Shown one piece after another: positions 38,654 through 50,197 of a stretch of DNA of 59,898 bases; the first letter of the stretch is position 1; every line of letters starts with the position of its first letter. The notes beneath the pieces were generated by a model, which saw only the letters and a program-made list of their open reading frames with translations, was not told the origin of the DNA and did no database searches. The stretch is from Candidatus Anoxymicrobium japonicum. GTDB taxonomy: Bacteria > Actinomycetota > Geothermincolia > Fen-727 > Anoxymicrobiaceae. A program made the translations under genes and the position numbers. The DNA is taken from NCBI GenBank assembly GCA_002843005.1, contig PHEX01000004.1, forward strand, positions 1 to 59,898, written 5' to 3'.

Positions 38654-39769
38654 ATGAACTCTCGTAGCAGGGCAATCATCATAGCGGTGCTGTTGGCCGC
38701 GCTTGTCTTTGCCGGCGGCTGTTCGTGGTTCCACAAGAACGACAAGTCTCTTAAGAAAAAGGGCGCGCGGGCGACAAAGCCCAGGCTCGCTAAATGTCCG
38801 CTCTGTGGCCTGACGCCCGTCGATCCTATCTTCATCCAGCGCCGTCCGGTCGCTATCAAGATAGAAAATGATCCGGCGGCGCGCCCGCAATCAGGTCTCG
38901 GCAGCGCGTGTGTCATCTACGAGGAGGAGTGCGAAGGTGGAATAACGAGATTCCTGGCTATCTTCCTTGACAGGGACGCATCCGCCGCCGGGCCCGTCCG
39001 AAGCGCGCGACCGGCGGATCTGGATATCACGTTCCCGTATGATGCGCTTTTTTGTCACTGCGGGGGCAGCCCTCCGGTACTGGCCATGGTCAAGCAATCA
39101 GGTATTGCCGATCTCGATCAGTTCGCGTATCCGGGCGCATACTGGCGTTCAAGCGATAGACGCGCGCCACACAATCTCTACAGCACGACCGCAAGGCTTA
39201 GAGAGGCGGGCGACACTCTTTGTCCGTATGAGGAAAACGCGATTTCTCCTTTCAGATTTTTTGCGGATGAGGAACAGGCGAAGATGGAGCGGGACAGGGC
39301 CGATGAAATAAGGCGCTCGGCGGCGAACGCGGCAAACCCTTCACCGGAGTACAAGCCTTCAATGACAGTTGTTCAAAATATCCACATACCTTACCTGTCG
39401 ATCTGCGCCGTCGATTACGCTTATGATTCAACATCCGGCAGGTTCATGCGGCTGGTAAAGGGCGTGCCTCATATAGACAGGAACACGGGTAGCCAGCTTG
39501 CGGCCGATAATGTGATCGTTCAGTACGTGACGACCACGCCTTCCGGGCTGGTGGATTCACGCGGCGCCGACATGTCAAACCTGGGGATCGTCGGCAGCGG
39601 CCGCGCGCAGGTATTTGTCCGTGGCGCTTTGATAGACGCGAACTGGCGGAAGTTGTCGCGCGCCGATCACACTGCATACACCGACAACTCCGGCAAGGTG
39701 ATCCGCTTCAAGCCTGGAACGACCTGGATCGAGCTGGTTCCGACAACAAAACAAGTCACCTTCAACTAA
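38654..39769 (+). CDS. DUF3048-family lipoprotein (YerB-like)
   Basis: Has a signal peptide with the lipobox LVFAGGC, then IKIENDPAARPQSGL..VIYEEECEGGITRFLAIF, which is typical of DUF3048. Confidence 0.8.
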   Translation: MNSRSRAIIIAVLLAALVFAGGCSWFHKNDKSLKKKGARATKPRLAKCPLCGLTPVDPIFIQRRPVAIKIENDPAARPQSGLGSACVIYEEECEGGITRFLAIFLDRDASAAGPVRSARPADLDITFPYDALFCHCGGSPPVLAMVKQSGIADLDQFAYPGAYWRSSDRRAPHNLYSTTARLREAGDTLCPYEENAISPFRFFADEEQAKMERDRADEIRRSAANAANPSPEYKPSMTVVQNIHIPYLSICAVDYAYDSTSGRFMRLVKGVPHIDRNTGSQLAADNVIVQYVTTTPSGLVDSRGADMSNLGIVGSGRAQVFVRGALIDANWRKLSRADHTAYTDNSGKVIRFKPGTTWIELVPTTKQVTFN

Positions 39770-39815
39770 AAACGCAACAGTAGGGGTCAGGCCCCTTTGT
39801 TGCGTTTTCGCGTTG
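39768..39815 (+). terminator. Family E hairpin terminator (AACGCAACAG-TAGGGGTCAGGCCCCTT-TGTTGCGTT followed by T-rich tail)
   Basis: Stem AACGCAACA/TGTTGCGTT with an inner GGGG/CCCC pairing, immediately after the DUF3048 stop. Confidence 0.6.
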
Positions 39816-39887
39816 CAGATAACACACGCTATTGGATATTATGACATTGTTGGCTGATACACTGATGCGTACAGATAAAGGTGAATC

Positions 39888-40781
39888 ATGGAAAGTGGTG
39901 TCGAAAAAGGTACGGACGCGGTAAAGAGAGGCCTCGCGGAGATGCTCAAGGGAGGCGTCATCATGGACGTCACCACCGTCGAGCACGCGAAGATCGCCGA
40001 GGATGCCGGGGCCGTCGCGGTCATGGCGCTCGAGCGCGTGCCGGCCGACATAAGGGCGGATGGCGGTGTTGCGCGCATGGCGGATCCAAACGTGATCCAG
40101 GGGATAATAGAAGCCGTGACGATACCTGTCATGGCGAAGTGCCGCATTGGTCATTTTGTCGAGGCGCAGACGCTCGAGGCTATGGGAGTAGATTACATAG
40201 ACGAGAGCGAGGTTCTCACACCCGCCGACGAGGCGCATCACGTGGACAAGTGGAAATTCAAGGTTCCTTTTGTGTGTGGCGCGATCAACCTGGGGGAAGC
40301 GCTCCGCCGTATCGGCGAGGGCGCGGCAATGGTTCGTACCAAGGGCGAAGCTGGAACCGGCAACGTCGTCGAGGCGGTTCGCCATATGCGCGCTATTACC
40401 AGTGAGGTCGCGAGGCTTGCGACGCTTCCGTCAGAGGCGCTCATGAGCGCAGCGAAGGATCTCCAGGCGCCGTACGAGTTGGTGATCGAGGTCGCGCGAA
40501 CGGGCAAGTTGCCGGTGGTAAATTTCTCCGCCGGAGGGATCGCGACTCCCGCGGACGCCGCTTTGATGATGCAGTTGGACGCTGACGGCGTTTTTGTAGG
40601 CTCGGGCATCTTCAAATCGGAGGATCCGGCAAAACGCGCGAAGGCCATCGTGCGGGCAACCACGCACTTCGAGGACGCTAAAGTGATCGCGGAAGTATCA
40701 CGGGGTCTGGGTGAGGCGATGAAGGGTCTCGAGATAGGCAAGATAGACAAGGAGAACCTGATACAGTTCCGTGGCTGGTAA
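39888..40781 (+). CDS. pdxS: Pyridoxal 5'-phosphate synthase subunit PdxS
   Basis: Contains [32 protein letters not shown] and FVGSGIFKS. Confidence 0.95.
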   Translation: MESGVEKGTDAVKRGLAEMLKGGVIMDVTTVEHAKIAEDAGAVAVMALERVPADIRADGGVARMADPNVIQGIIEAVTIPVMAKCRIGHFVEAQTLEAMGVDYIDESEVLTPADEAHHVDKWKFKVPFVCGAINLGEALRRIGEGAAMVRTKGEAGTGNVVEAVRHMRAITSEVARLATLPSEALMSAAKDLQAPYELVIEVARTGKLPVVNFSAGGIATPADAALMMQLDADGVFVGSGIFKSEDPAKRAKAIVRATTHFEDAKVIAEVSRGLGEAMKGLEIGKIDKENLIQFRGW

Positions 40782-41391
40782 CAACTTCACCATCGGGGTT
40801 CTCGCTTTGCAGGGAGCGGTGCGCGAGCACCTCTATATGATCGAGCGGTGTGGCGCCCGGGGGACAGGCATCAAGCGCCCTTCCGGGCTCTCGTGCGTGG
40901 ATGGACTCATCATCCCTGGAGGAGAGAGCACTACGATTGGAAAGCTGATTGATGAGTATGGGTTCGCGGGCCCGATCAAAAAGCTCGCGGCTCTTGGTGT
41001 CCCAATCTACGGGACGTGCGCCGGGCTCATTATCGTATCCAGACGCGTGAGCGGAAAACACGAGATGATACTTGGTCTTGCGGACGTGGCTGTCGAGCGC
41101 AACGCTTTTGGAAGACAGGTGGATTCGTTCGAGAAAGACATTCATATACAGGGCATTCCTGATGAGGACATTTCATTCAGGGCGCTCTTTATCAGGGCGC
41201 CGGTGATAAAGGAGATGGGCCCGGGCGCAGTTGAGATGTCGCGCCTGGAGCAGGGCGTAGTGATGGCGCGTGAGGGCAACGTGCTCCTTGGGGCGTTTCA
41301 TCCGGAGTTGACGGATGACACGAGGGTGCACCGGTATTTTCTGGACATGGTGGCGTCGGCGCGCGGCGCCAAGAGCGACACGGGGGTATGA
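40771..41391 (+). CDS. pdxT: Pyridoxal 5'-phosphate synthase glutaminase subunit PdxT
   Basis: Contains IGVLALQGA, the catalytic Cys in YGTCAGLI and FHPE. Confidence 0.9.
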   Translation: MAGNNFTIGVLALQGAVREHLYMIERCGARGTGIKRPSGLSCVDGLIIPGGESTTIGKLIDEYGFAGPIKKLAALGVPIYGTCAGLIIVSRRVSGKHEMILGLADVAVERNAFGRQVDSFEKDIHIQGIPDEDISFRALFIRAPVIKEMGPGAVEMSRLEQGVVMAREGNVLLGAFHPELTDDTRVHRYFLDMVASARGAKSDTGV

Positions 41392-41392
41392 G

Positions 41393-42142
41393 ATGTCAGG
41401 GCATTCCAAGTGGCACTCCATCAAGCACAAGAAGGGCAAGGAGGACGCGAAACGCGGCCAGCTCTTCAGCAAGATGTCTCACCGCATCACGATAGCCGCG
41501 CGCGAGGGTGGAGGGAACCCCAACGCCAACACCGCCCTCGCGACTGAGATCGACGCCGCGCGCAAAGTCAGCATGCCCATGGAAAACATCAAGCGAGCTA
41601 TCGCCAAAGGAACCGGTGAGCTCGCGGGCGGGCAGCTCGAGCACATGACTTTTGAGGGATACGCCGAGGGCGGCGTCGCCGTTATCGTTGACGTGCTGAC
41701 CGACAACCGAAATCGAACCAGCGCCGAGGTGCGCAGGTCGTTCACGCGGGCGAACGCCAGGCTTGGCGAGACCGGGTCCGTGGCGTGGATGTTCGAGAAA
41801 AAGGGCGTGTTTCTGTTTAAGAAGTCTGTCGAGCATGACGAGGAGGAGTTGCTGAACATCGCGCTGGAGGCGGGCGCGGACGACCTCGATGGCGAGGGTG
41901 AATACTGGGAAATAGTCTGCGATATCGAGAACTTCGCGACAGTGAGGAACGGCCTCAAGGCGGCCGAAATCGAGACGGAGAGCGCCGAGCTCACAATGGT
42001 TCCCAAAACGACGATCCTGCTGGAGAAAGATGACGCGAAGAAGGTGTTGCGCCTCATTGACGCGCTCGAGGAGATAGATGACGTAAACGATGTGTACGCG
42101 AACCTCGATATCCCCATAGATGCGCTCGAGGAATCGGTTTGA
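41393..42142 (+). CDS. yebC: YebC/PmpR-family transcriptional regulator
   Basis: Starts MSGHSKWHSIKHKKG at ATG 41393, overlapping the pdxT TGA. The track start at 41315 is an upstream extension. Confidence 0.9.
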   Translation: MSGHSKWHSIKHKKGKEDAKRGQLFSKMSHRITIAAREGGGNPNANTALATEIDAARKVSMPMENIKRAIAKGTGELAGGQLEHMTFEGYAEGGVAVIVDVLTDNRNRTSAEVRRSFTRANARLGETGSVAWMFEKKGVFLFKKSVEHDEEELLNIALEAGADDLDGEGEYWEIVCDIENFATVRNGLKAAEIETESAELTMVPKTTILLEKDDAKKVLRLIDALEEIDDVNDVYANLDIPIDALEESV

Positions 42143-42654
42143 CCGGAGAATTCAAAGCACTGGGCATAGACCCCGGGATAACCAACACCGGCTATGGCCT
42201 CGTAATCGAGAGTCGTGACAAAATGAGGGCGGATGTCCACGGCGCCATTCGAACCTCCAGCGCCGCGGACATGTCGGATCGGCTTGATAAACTATACAGT
42301 GAGTCGAAGAAGATTATTCTCGAACTCGAGCCTGATGTGGTGGTTATCGAGCAGCTCTTCTTCAATGCCAATCAGAAGACGGCGATGGCGGTGGGCCAGG
42401 CGCGGGGCGTTATACTGCTCGCCTGCAACCACGCCGGCGCTCGATGGGTAGAGTACACGCCTCTTCAGGTCAAACTGGCTGTTGTCGGCAACGGGAACGC
42501 GTCCAAGGAGCAGGTTCGGTATATGATAATGACGCTTCTACAGATGCATGAGCCGCCCGTGTCGCTTCACGCTTGCGATGCGCTTGCGATGGCGATATGC
42601 CATCTGCACTCCCGAAGAATCCGCGAGCTCACCGGGACGCAAGAGGAACGGTAA
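42139..42654 (+). CDS. ruvC: Holliday junction resolvase RuvC
   Basis: Contains LGIDPGITNTGYG and acidic catalytic residues (IEQLFF, CDALAMA). Confidence 0.9.
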   Translation: MTGEFKALGIDPGITNTGYGLVIESRDKMRADVHGAIRTSSAADMSDRLDKLYSESKKIILELEPDVVVIEQLFFNANQKTAMAVGQARGVILLACNHAGARWVEYTPLQVKLAVVGNGNASKEQVRYMIMTLLQMHEPPVSLHACDALAMAICHLHSRRIRELTGTQEER

Positions 42655-42657
42655 CAG

Positions 42658-43245
42658 ATGATCGCGTACATCAACGGCAAAATAATTCAGAAGAACCCGG
42701 ATCGTCTGGTCGTGCTGGTTGGTGGTATCGGCATAGAGGTCAGGGCGCCGGCTGGAACAATAGACCAGGCGCCGGGGGTGGGTGGCGTGGTCGCGCTTCA
42801 CACATATCTTCACGTCAGACAGGATGTGTTGCAGTTGTACGGGTTCGATTCGCCCGCGTCGCGAGATTTATTTGTCAAACTCATGTCGGTATCAGGGTTT
42901 GGCGCCCAGAAGGCGCTTTCTGTGTTGTCGATTTTCCCGCATGACAGGTTTGAGACGGTGATAAGGATGGGAGACGCGGACGCTCTCACGATCATCCCCG
43001 GGGTTGGGAAGAAGGGCGCCGAGCGCTTGCTGCTCGAGATGAAGGACAAGGTTGACCCCTCGATCGAGGACGTGACGGGCCTTCCCCCCGATGGCCGGTT
43101 CGCGTTTAACGAAGCTGCCATGGCCATGGCGCAACTCGGATACTCGCGGCTCGAGGCGCACGAGGCGCTTAAAAAATACCCGTTCAAGGGCGAGGAGGCA
43201 ACCGTCGAGGAGCTCTTGCAGTTTGCCATGAAGCAAATGGCATAG
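42658..43245 (+). CDS. ruvA: Holliday junction DNA helicase RuvA
   Basis: Starts MIAYINGKI and carries the HhH motifs LMSVSGFGAQKAL and IPGVGKKGAERL. Confidence 0.9.
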   Translation: MIAYINGKIIQKNPDRLVVLVGGIGIEVRAPAGTIDQAPGVGGVVALHTYLHVRQDVLQLYGFDSPASRDLFVKLMSVSGFGAQKALSVLSIFPHDRFETVIRMGDADALTIIPGVGKKGAERLLLEMKDKVDPSIEDVTGLPPDGRFAFNEAAMAMAQLGYSRLEAHEALKKYPFKGEEATVEELLQFAMKQMA

Positions 43246-43326
43246 GGTCTACCTTTACTGCGTAGAGGGGTCAGGCACCGTCTACCTCTCCGTCTACCGC
43301 TAAAGCGATAGACGTTGCCTGACCCC
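43245..43326. repeat. Family A mosaic repeat starting on the ruvA TAG stop
   Basis: Sequence is GGGTCTACCTTTACTGCGTAGA-GGGGTCAGGCACCGTCTACC-TCTCCGTCTACCGC-TAAA-GCGATAGACGTTGCCTGACCCC. Confidence 0.85.
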
Positions 43327-43349
43327 TAACATGAAACGGAGTATTAAGG

Positions 43350-44372
43350 ATGTCTGAACAGCACGGGAAAGGTCTCGCCGGTGAGGCGATATCGTCCGAG
43401 GAGAAGGCGATCGACCTTACCTTGAGGCCGCGTACACTATCCGAGTTCGTGGGTCAGGCCGCCAACAAGGAACAGTTGCGCATCTTTATCGAGGCCGCCA
43501 GGAACCGGGGCGAGGTTCTCGATCATGTGCTTCTGTCAGGCCCGCCGGGTCTCGGCAAGACAACTCTTGCCGGCATCATCGCCGCGGAGCTTGGAGTCGG
43601 CATGCGCTCGACTTCCGGTCCCGCCCTCGAGCGCCAGGGCGACCTCGTGGCCATACTTACCAATGTCGAGAAGGGCGCCGTCATGTTTATCGATGAGATA
43701 CACCGGCTACCGCGAGTTGTTGAGGAGATCCTCTACCCCGCCATGGAAGATTTCCAGGTCGACATCATCATAGGGAAAGGCCCTGGCGCGCGTGATGTCC
43801 GCCTTCCGCTGCCGGAGTTTACGTTGATCGGCGCGACTACCAGAACAGGGTTGATCACGGCGCCGTTGCTTACGCGCTTTGGTGTGTCCTGCCGGCTTGA
43901 TTATTATCCCCTGCTTGAGATGGAGGCTATCGTCAACAGGGCCGCGAGCATACTCGACATCCGTGTCGACGATACGGGCGCTCACGAGATCGCCCGCCGG
44001 GCGCGCGGGACTCCGCGCGTGGCGAACCGGCTTCTCCGCCGCGTGCGCGACTACGCTGAGGTGAAAGCCGATAGCGTTATCACCGGAGATGTGGCCGCGA
44101 GGGCCATGGAGATGCTGCAGATAGACGAGATGGGGTTGGACGTTCTCGACCAGGCTGTGCTTTGTGCCATAGTCGATAAGTTCTCGGGAGGGCCGGTCGG
44201 CCTCAAGACGCTTGCGGCTTCTATCGGTGAGGAGTCCGACACGCTTGAGGACGTTTACGAGCCTTACCTGATGCAGATCGGGTTTCTCAAAAGAACTCCA
44301 AGGGGACGGGTAGCGACCCCCCGCGCTTATGAACACCTGGGGCGCCAGCCCGAGGGCGGTGGCCTGTTCTAA
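43350..44372 (+). CDS. ruvB: Holliday junction DNA helicase RuvB
   Basis: Has Walker [19 protein letters not shown] and the sensor [10 protein letters not shown]. Confidence 0.95.
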   Translation: MSEQHGKGLAGEAISSEEKAIDLTLRPRTLSEFVGQAANKEQLRIFIEAARNRGEVLDHVLLSGPPGLGKTTLAGIIAAELGVGMRSTSGPALERQGDLVAILTNVEKGAVMFIDEIHRLPRVVEEILYPAMEDFQVDIIIGKGPGARDVRLPLPEFTLIGATTRTGLITAPLLTRFGVSCRLDYYPLLEMEAIVNRAASILDIRVDDTGAHEIARRARGTPRVANRLLRRVRDYAEVKADSVITGDVAARAMEMLQIDEMGLDVLDQAVLCAIVDKFSGGPVGLKTLAASIGEESDTLEDVYEPYLMQIGFLKRTPRGRVATPRAYEHLGRQPEGGGLF

Positions 44373-44916
44373 TGCCCTCGATCCTGCTGCACACGTGTTG
44401 CGCTCCATGTCTCATATACCCGCTGGCTCTCCTGGAAGAGCGTGGACTGGTTGTCACGCCTTTTTTCTATAACCCTAATATCCATCCATTTCGCGAGTAC
44501 AGAGCAAGATACTTTGCCGTGGTGGATTACTGCGACGAGCACGGCCTGTCCTTGAAAGTGGGCTCGTACGAGATGGAGCGGTTTCTCGCGAGCGTCGGCG
44601 TTATCGAGCCACCAGAGCGGTGCGCGCGCTGCTTCGCTTTGCGCCTCTCGCGCGCCGCGGCCGAAGCCCGCGCGCATGGCATCGCCAGCTTTACAACCAC
44701 TTTGCTGGTAAGCCCGCATCAGAACCAGCAGCTTATACGCGAGGCCGGTGAAGCCGCGGCTGCCGAGCACGGTGTTCGCTTCGTGTTCGAGGACATGACG
44801 AGCGGATACCGTGAGGCCACAGAGAAATCCCGGGAGGCCGGCATGTACCGTCAGGGCTACTGCGGTTGCGTCTACAGCGAAAAGGAACGGTATCAGAAAA
44901 GCGACCCGCCCCGCCG

Positions 44917-44920
<4 letters not shown>
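44372..44920 (+). CDS. queH: Epoxyqueuosine reductase QueH (DUF208)
   Basis: Has LLHTCCAPC and C-terminal GYCGCVYS Cys clusters. Its ATG shares 1 nt with the ruvB TAA. Confidence 0.8.
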
Positions 44921-47007
<2,087 letters not shown>

Positions 47008-47009
<2 letters not shown>

Positions 47010-47055
47010 GGTAGACGGAGCGGTAGACGGAGCGGTAGACGGTGCCTGACCCCTG
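47008..47055. repeat. Family A repeat, non-palindromic form: three GGTAGACGG units at exact 12-nt spacing plus TGCCTGACCCC
   Basis: GGTAGACGG at 47010, 47022 and 47034, separated by AGC. It abuts the tgt TAA (47007-47009). Confidence 0.9.
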
Positions 47056-47156
47056 CGTTTGGGTTAAATGACAAAGAGCAACCGATACATTATGATATGT
47101 GAGATTTGCGCCTGACTGACGGTGAGGACTCGATATTTGGAAGGGATTTGGCGAAA

Positions 47157-47555
47157 GTGACATTTTTAAGTGTTTTGGCGGCTGTTCATCCAGGTGTTGC
47201 GCTGGCCGCGGCGAGCTCTACCAAGAAACCGGTGACGGGCTTTGGGGCGTGGGGAATGTGGGTGATACTCGGCCTCATGTTCCTGGTGATGTACTTCGTG
47301 CTCTACCGTCCTCAGAAAAAGAGGGCGGCTGAGGCGCAGGACATGTTAGCCGAACTCGAAAAAGGTGACGAGGTAATGACTATCGGCGGCATTCACGGGA
47401 TCGTCAAGAAGCTGTCCGATGACACTGTGGTCGTCGAGGTTGACAGAGACGTGCGCATGACCTTCAGCAGATCCGCGATCGCCCGCAACTTGACCGTCCG
47501 TGAGGCGGTAGAAGAGGAAGAAGAGTCTGCCGAAGAAGATGAAGAAGACGAATAA
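47157..47555 (+). CDS. yajC: Preprotein translocase subunit YajC with an acidic C-terminal tail
   Basis: Contains FLVMYFVLYRPQKKR and GDEVMTIGGIHGIV. The start is uncertain (GTG 47157 or an upstream codon at 47106). Confidence 0.75.
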   Translation: MTFLSVLAAVHPGVALAAASSTKKPVTGFGAWGMWVILGLMFLVMYFVLYRPQKKRAAEAQDMLAELEKGDEVMTIGGIHGIVKKLSDDTVVVEVDRDVRMTFSRSAIARNLTVREAVEEEEESAEEDEEDE

Positions 47556-47585
47556 GACGAAAGGCCGACGTCAGATGGAGAATTC

Positions 47586-48962
47586 ATGAGCAAAAAAACG
47601 AAAAACGTGATTTCAGTTGGCGTGATGATACTGATACTCGTGGGTCTCTATGCCATCAAGTTCGGCTTCGATATGAAGCCGCGCCTGGGCCTTGACCTGC
47701 AGGGAGGCATCAGCCTCGTGTACGAAGCCAGGCCTTCTAAGGGCAAGGTTCTCGACGCGGGAGTGCTCGAGAAGACCGTTGAGAAGATCAGAACCAGGGT
47801 TGACAAAATGGGAGTTGGCGAGCCTGACATTACGACGCAGGGGACAAAAAACGTTATTGTCCAACTTCCGGGCATTCACGATAAAAAAAGAGCGATCAAT
47901 CTGATCGGTCAGACCGCGCAGTTGCAGTTTCGAATCGTTTCTGAATCCAAGTCCGAGAGTGAGGCCAAAAAAGACCCTGGCTGGAAAGTGACACCGGACG
48001 ATCAGCGTCGGGAGGACAAGCCGGTGACGCTTGCCGGTCCTGATAAAGAAAAGGAAAAAGTCATCCTCAAGCTTGGGCCGACCCTCCTGACCGGTGACGC
48101 CGTTAAGCGCGCGGAGGTTTCGGTGCAGGAAGGCGCCTCGCAGGTGGATTTCGAAATGACCGGCGATGGCGCCAGTAAATTCGCGGATATTACAAAGGCG
48201 AACGTCAACAAGCAACTTGCCATAGTGCTGGATTACAAGGTCGAATCGGCGCCGAACATCAAGGAAGCGATTACAGAAGGCAAGGGAAATATTACCGGCA
48301 ACTTTACGGACCAGGAAACCAAGGATCTTGTGATTGTGATCAACACGGGCGCGCTTCCCGTCGAGCTTACGCGCCTTACAGAGAACGACGTCACAGCGAC
48401 ACTGGGCCGCGACTCGCTGAAAAAAGGAGTCATCGCAGGATTGATCGGTATTGTTGTGGTGGTGCTGTTCATGCTGGTTTACTATCGCGTGCTGGGGGTC
48501 ATCACATGCCTGGGACTGATGGTCTTCGGTGGCTTGATGTTTGGGTTCATCTGCGTGCTTGGTAGCTTTTGGACTCTGACGCTGGCCGGTGTCGCCGGCA
48601 TTATCGTTTCTATAGGCATCGCGGCGGACTCGAGCATTGTTTTCTTTGAGCGGCTGAAAGAGGACGTCAAAGCTGGCAGGAGTATGCGCTCATCGGTGGA
48701 TACCGCTTACAAGTCCGCGTTTCGCACTATCATAGCAGCCGATACGGTCTCGTTTACCACCGCCGCGATCCTGTATCTGTTCGCGATCGGGTCGGTGAAA
48801 GGATTCGCGTTGACCCTTGGGATTGCCACTATTTTCGATGTTTTCATCTCGTACTGTTTTGTGAGGCCTCTGACGTCTCTCCTGGCGGGCTGGAAGTTGC
48901 TGGAGAGGCCTGGCGCCATCGGTGCCTGTGTCGAGGCGGACTTGAAGGGAGGTGAGGCATGA
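47586..48962 (+). CDS. secD: Protein translocase subunit SecD
   Basis: Has an N-terminal TM segment, LGLDLQGG, a periplasmic domain and six C-terminal TM helices with the IGIAADSSIVFFERLKE motif. Confidence 0.9.
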   Translation: MSKKTKNVISVGVMILILVGLYAIKFGFDMKPRLGLDLQGGISLVYEARPSKGKVLDAGVLEKTVEKIRTRVDKMGVGEPDITTQGTKNVIVQLPGIHDKKRAINLIGQTAQLQFRIVSESKSESEAKKDPGWKVTPDDQRREDKPVTLAGPDKEKEKVILKLGPTLLTGDAVKRAEVSVQEGASQVDFEMTGDGASKFADITKANVNKQLAIVLDYKVESAPNIKEAITEGKGNITGNFTDQETKDLVIVINTGALPVELTRLTENDVTATLGRDSLKKGVIAGLIGIVVVVLFMLVYYRVLGVITCLGLMVFGGLMFGFICVLGSFWTLTLAGVAGIIVSIGIAADSSIVFFERLKEDVKAGRSMRSSVDTAYKSAFRTIIAADTVSFTTAAILYLFAIGSVKGFALTLGIATIFDVFISYCFVRPLTSLLAGWKLLERPGAIGACVEADLKGGEA

Positions 48963-50197
48963 TGAGGCTCATCCCGAGACGCGCGAAAGATCTCAATATT
49001 ATTGAACACAAGTACGTCTGGATCTCTGTGTCAATTACACTCATTGTCGTGTCGATAGTCGGACTGTTCATCCTCGGCCTCAATTTCGGAATCGATTTCA
49101 CTGGCGGTACCGAGTTCAATCTCAGGGTCAAGCCGAAAACGAACATTTCAGTTGTAAGGGCGGCAACCGGGTCGGTCGGGTACGCCAGCGCGCAGATACA
49201 GTCCTCGGGCAATAACCAGTTTCTCGTGCGAGTGCCAAAGCTGGACGACGCGAAAACAGCACAGCTCACCGAGGCACTGAAAAAAAGCGGTAACATGGAA
49301 GAGTTGCTTGCGGAAAACAGTGTCGGTCCGGGGTGGGGTGGCCAGGTGACCCGGCAGGCGATTGTTGCGCTGATTGCCTTTCTGGTGGCGATCCTCATCT
49401 ACATCAGCGTTCGTTTCGAGTTCAAGATGGCGATCAGCGCCATTATCGCCGTGTTGCACGACCTGGTGGTTACGGTGGGAGTTTACGCGCTCACCGAAAA
49501 GCAGGTGACGCCTGCGACTGTGATTGCGGTTCTGACGATCCTGGGATACTCGTTGTACGACACGATTGTGATCTTTGACCGCATCAAAGAGAACTCCGAT
49601 CTGCTTACCAGACAGAGCAAAAAGACGTACTCACTGGTTGTGAACGAGTCCATAAACCAGGTGATGGCGCGTTCGATCAACACCTCGTTGACCACCTTGA
49701 TGCCTGTTGTCACAATTCTTTTCTTTGGTGGGGAGACACTGAAAGCGTTCGCCTTCCCGTTGTTCATCGGAATTGCCGCTGGAACCTATTCGAGCATCTT
49801 CGTCGCGAGCCCATTCCTCGCGTTGTGGAAGGAGACTGAGCCTAAGTACAGGGCGTACATCAGCCAGGTCGAGAGGCGCAATATCCGCGACGCGCGCGAA
49901 TCCGGCGACGCAAGCGCGGTAACGCCTGTTTTGAAAAAGAGTGCTGGAGCAAGGGCCTCTTCGGCGAGCGCTGGCGCTCGGAAAACGGTAACAGGAGCGC
50001 GAGACAAGAGGCCGCCTCCCTCGAAGCCGCAACCAAAACCCATGCCTAAAACTTCAACAGGTGAATCGGGCGAATCAACGCATGCGAGCAAGCCCGTGCC
50101 GAAGCCAAAGCCGGCGCAGGGCGGTCAGACGTCCAAGAACCTGGCGAAGTCGCGGACCAAAGGCCCCGGGAGCGGGAAGAAGAAAAAGAAGAAGTGA
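48959..50197 (+). CDS. secF: Protein translocase subunit SecF with a ~110-aa Lys/Pro/Ser-rich C-terminal tail
   Basis: Contains LNFGIDFTGG and YSLYDTIVIFDRIKEN. The tail ...KPQPKPMPK...GKKKKKK follows the last TM helix. ATGA overlap with secD. Confidence 0.9.
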   Translation: MMRLIPRRAKDLNIIEHKYVWISVSITLIVVSIVGLFILGLNFGIDFTGGTEFNLRVKPKTNISVVRAATGSVGYASAQIQSSGNNQFLVRVPKLDDAKTAQLTEALKKSGNMEELLAENSVGPGWGGQVTRQAIVALIAFLVAILIYISVRFEFKMAISAIIAVLHDLVVTVGVYALTEKQVTPATVIAVLTILGYSLYDTIVIFDRIKENSDLLTRQSKKTYSLVVNESINQVMARSINTSLTTLMPVVTILFFGGETLKAFAFPLFIGIAAGTYSSIFVASPFLALWKETEPKYRAYISQVERRNIRDARESGDASAVTPVLKKSAGARASSASAGARKTVTGARDKRPPPSKPQPKPMPKTSTGESGESTHASKPVPKPKPAQGGQTSKNLAKSRTKGPGSGKKKKKK

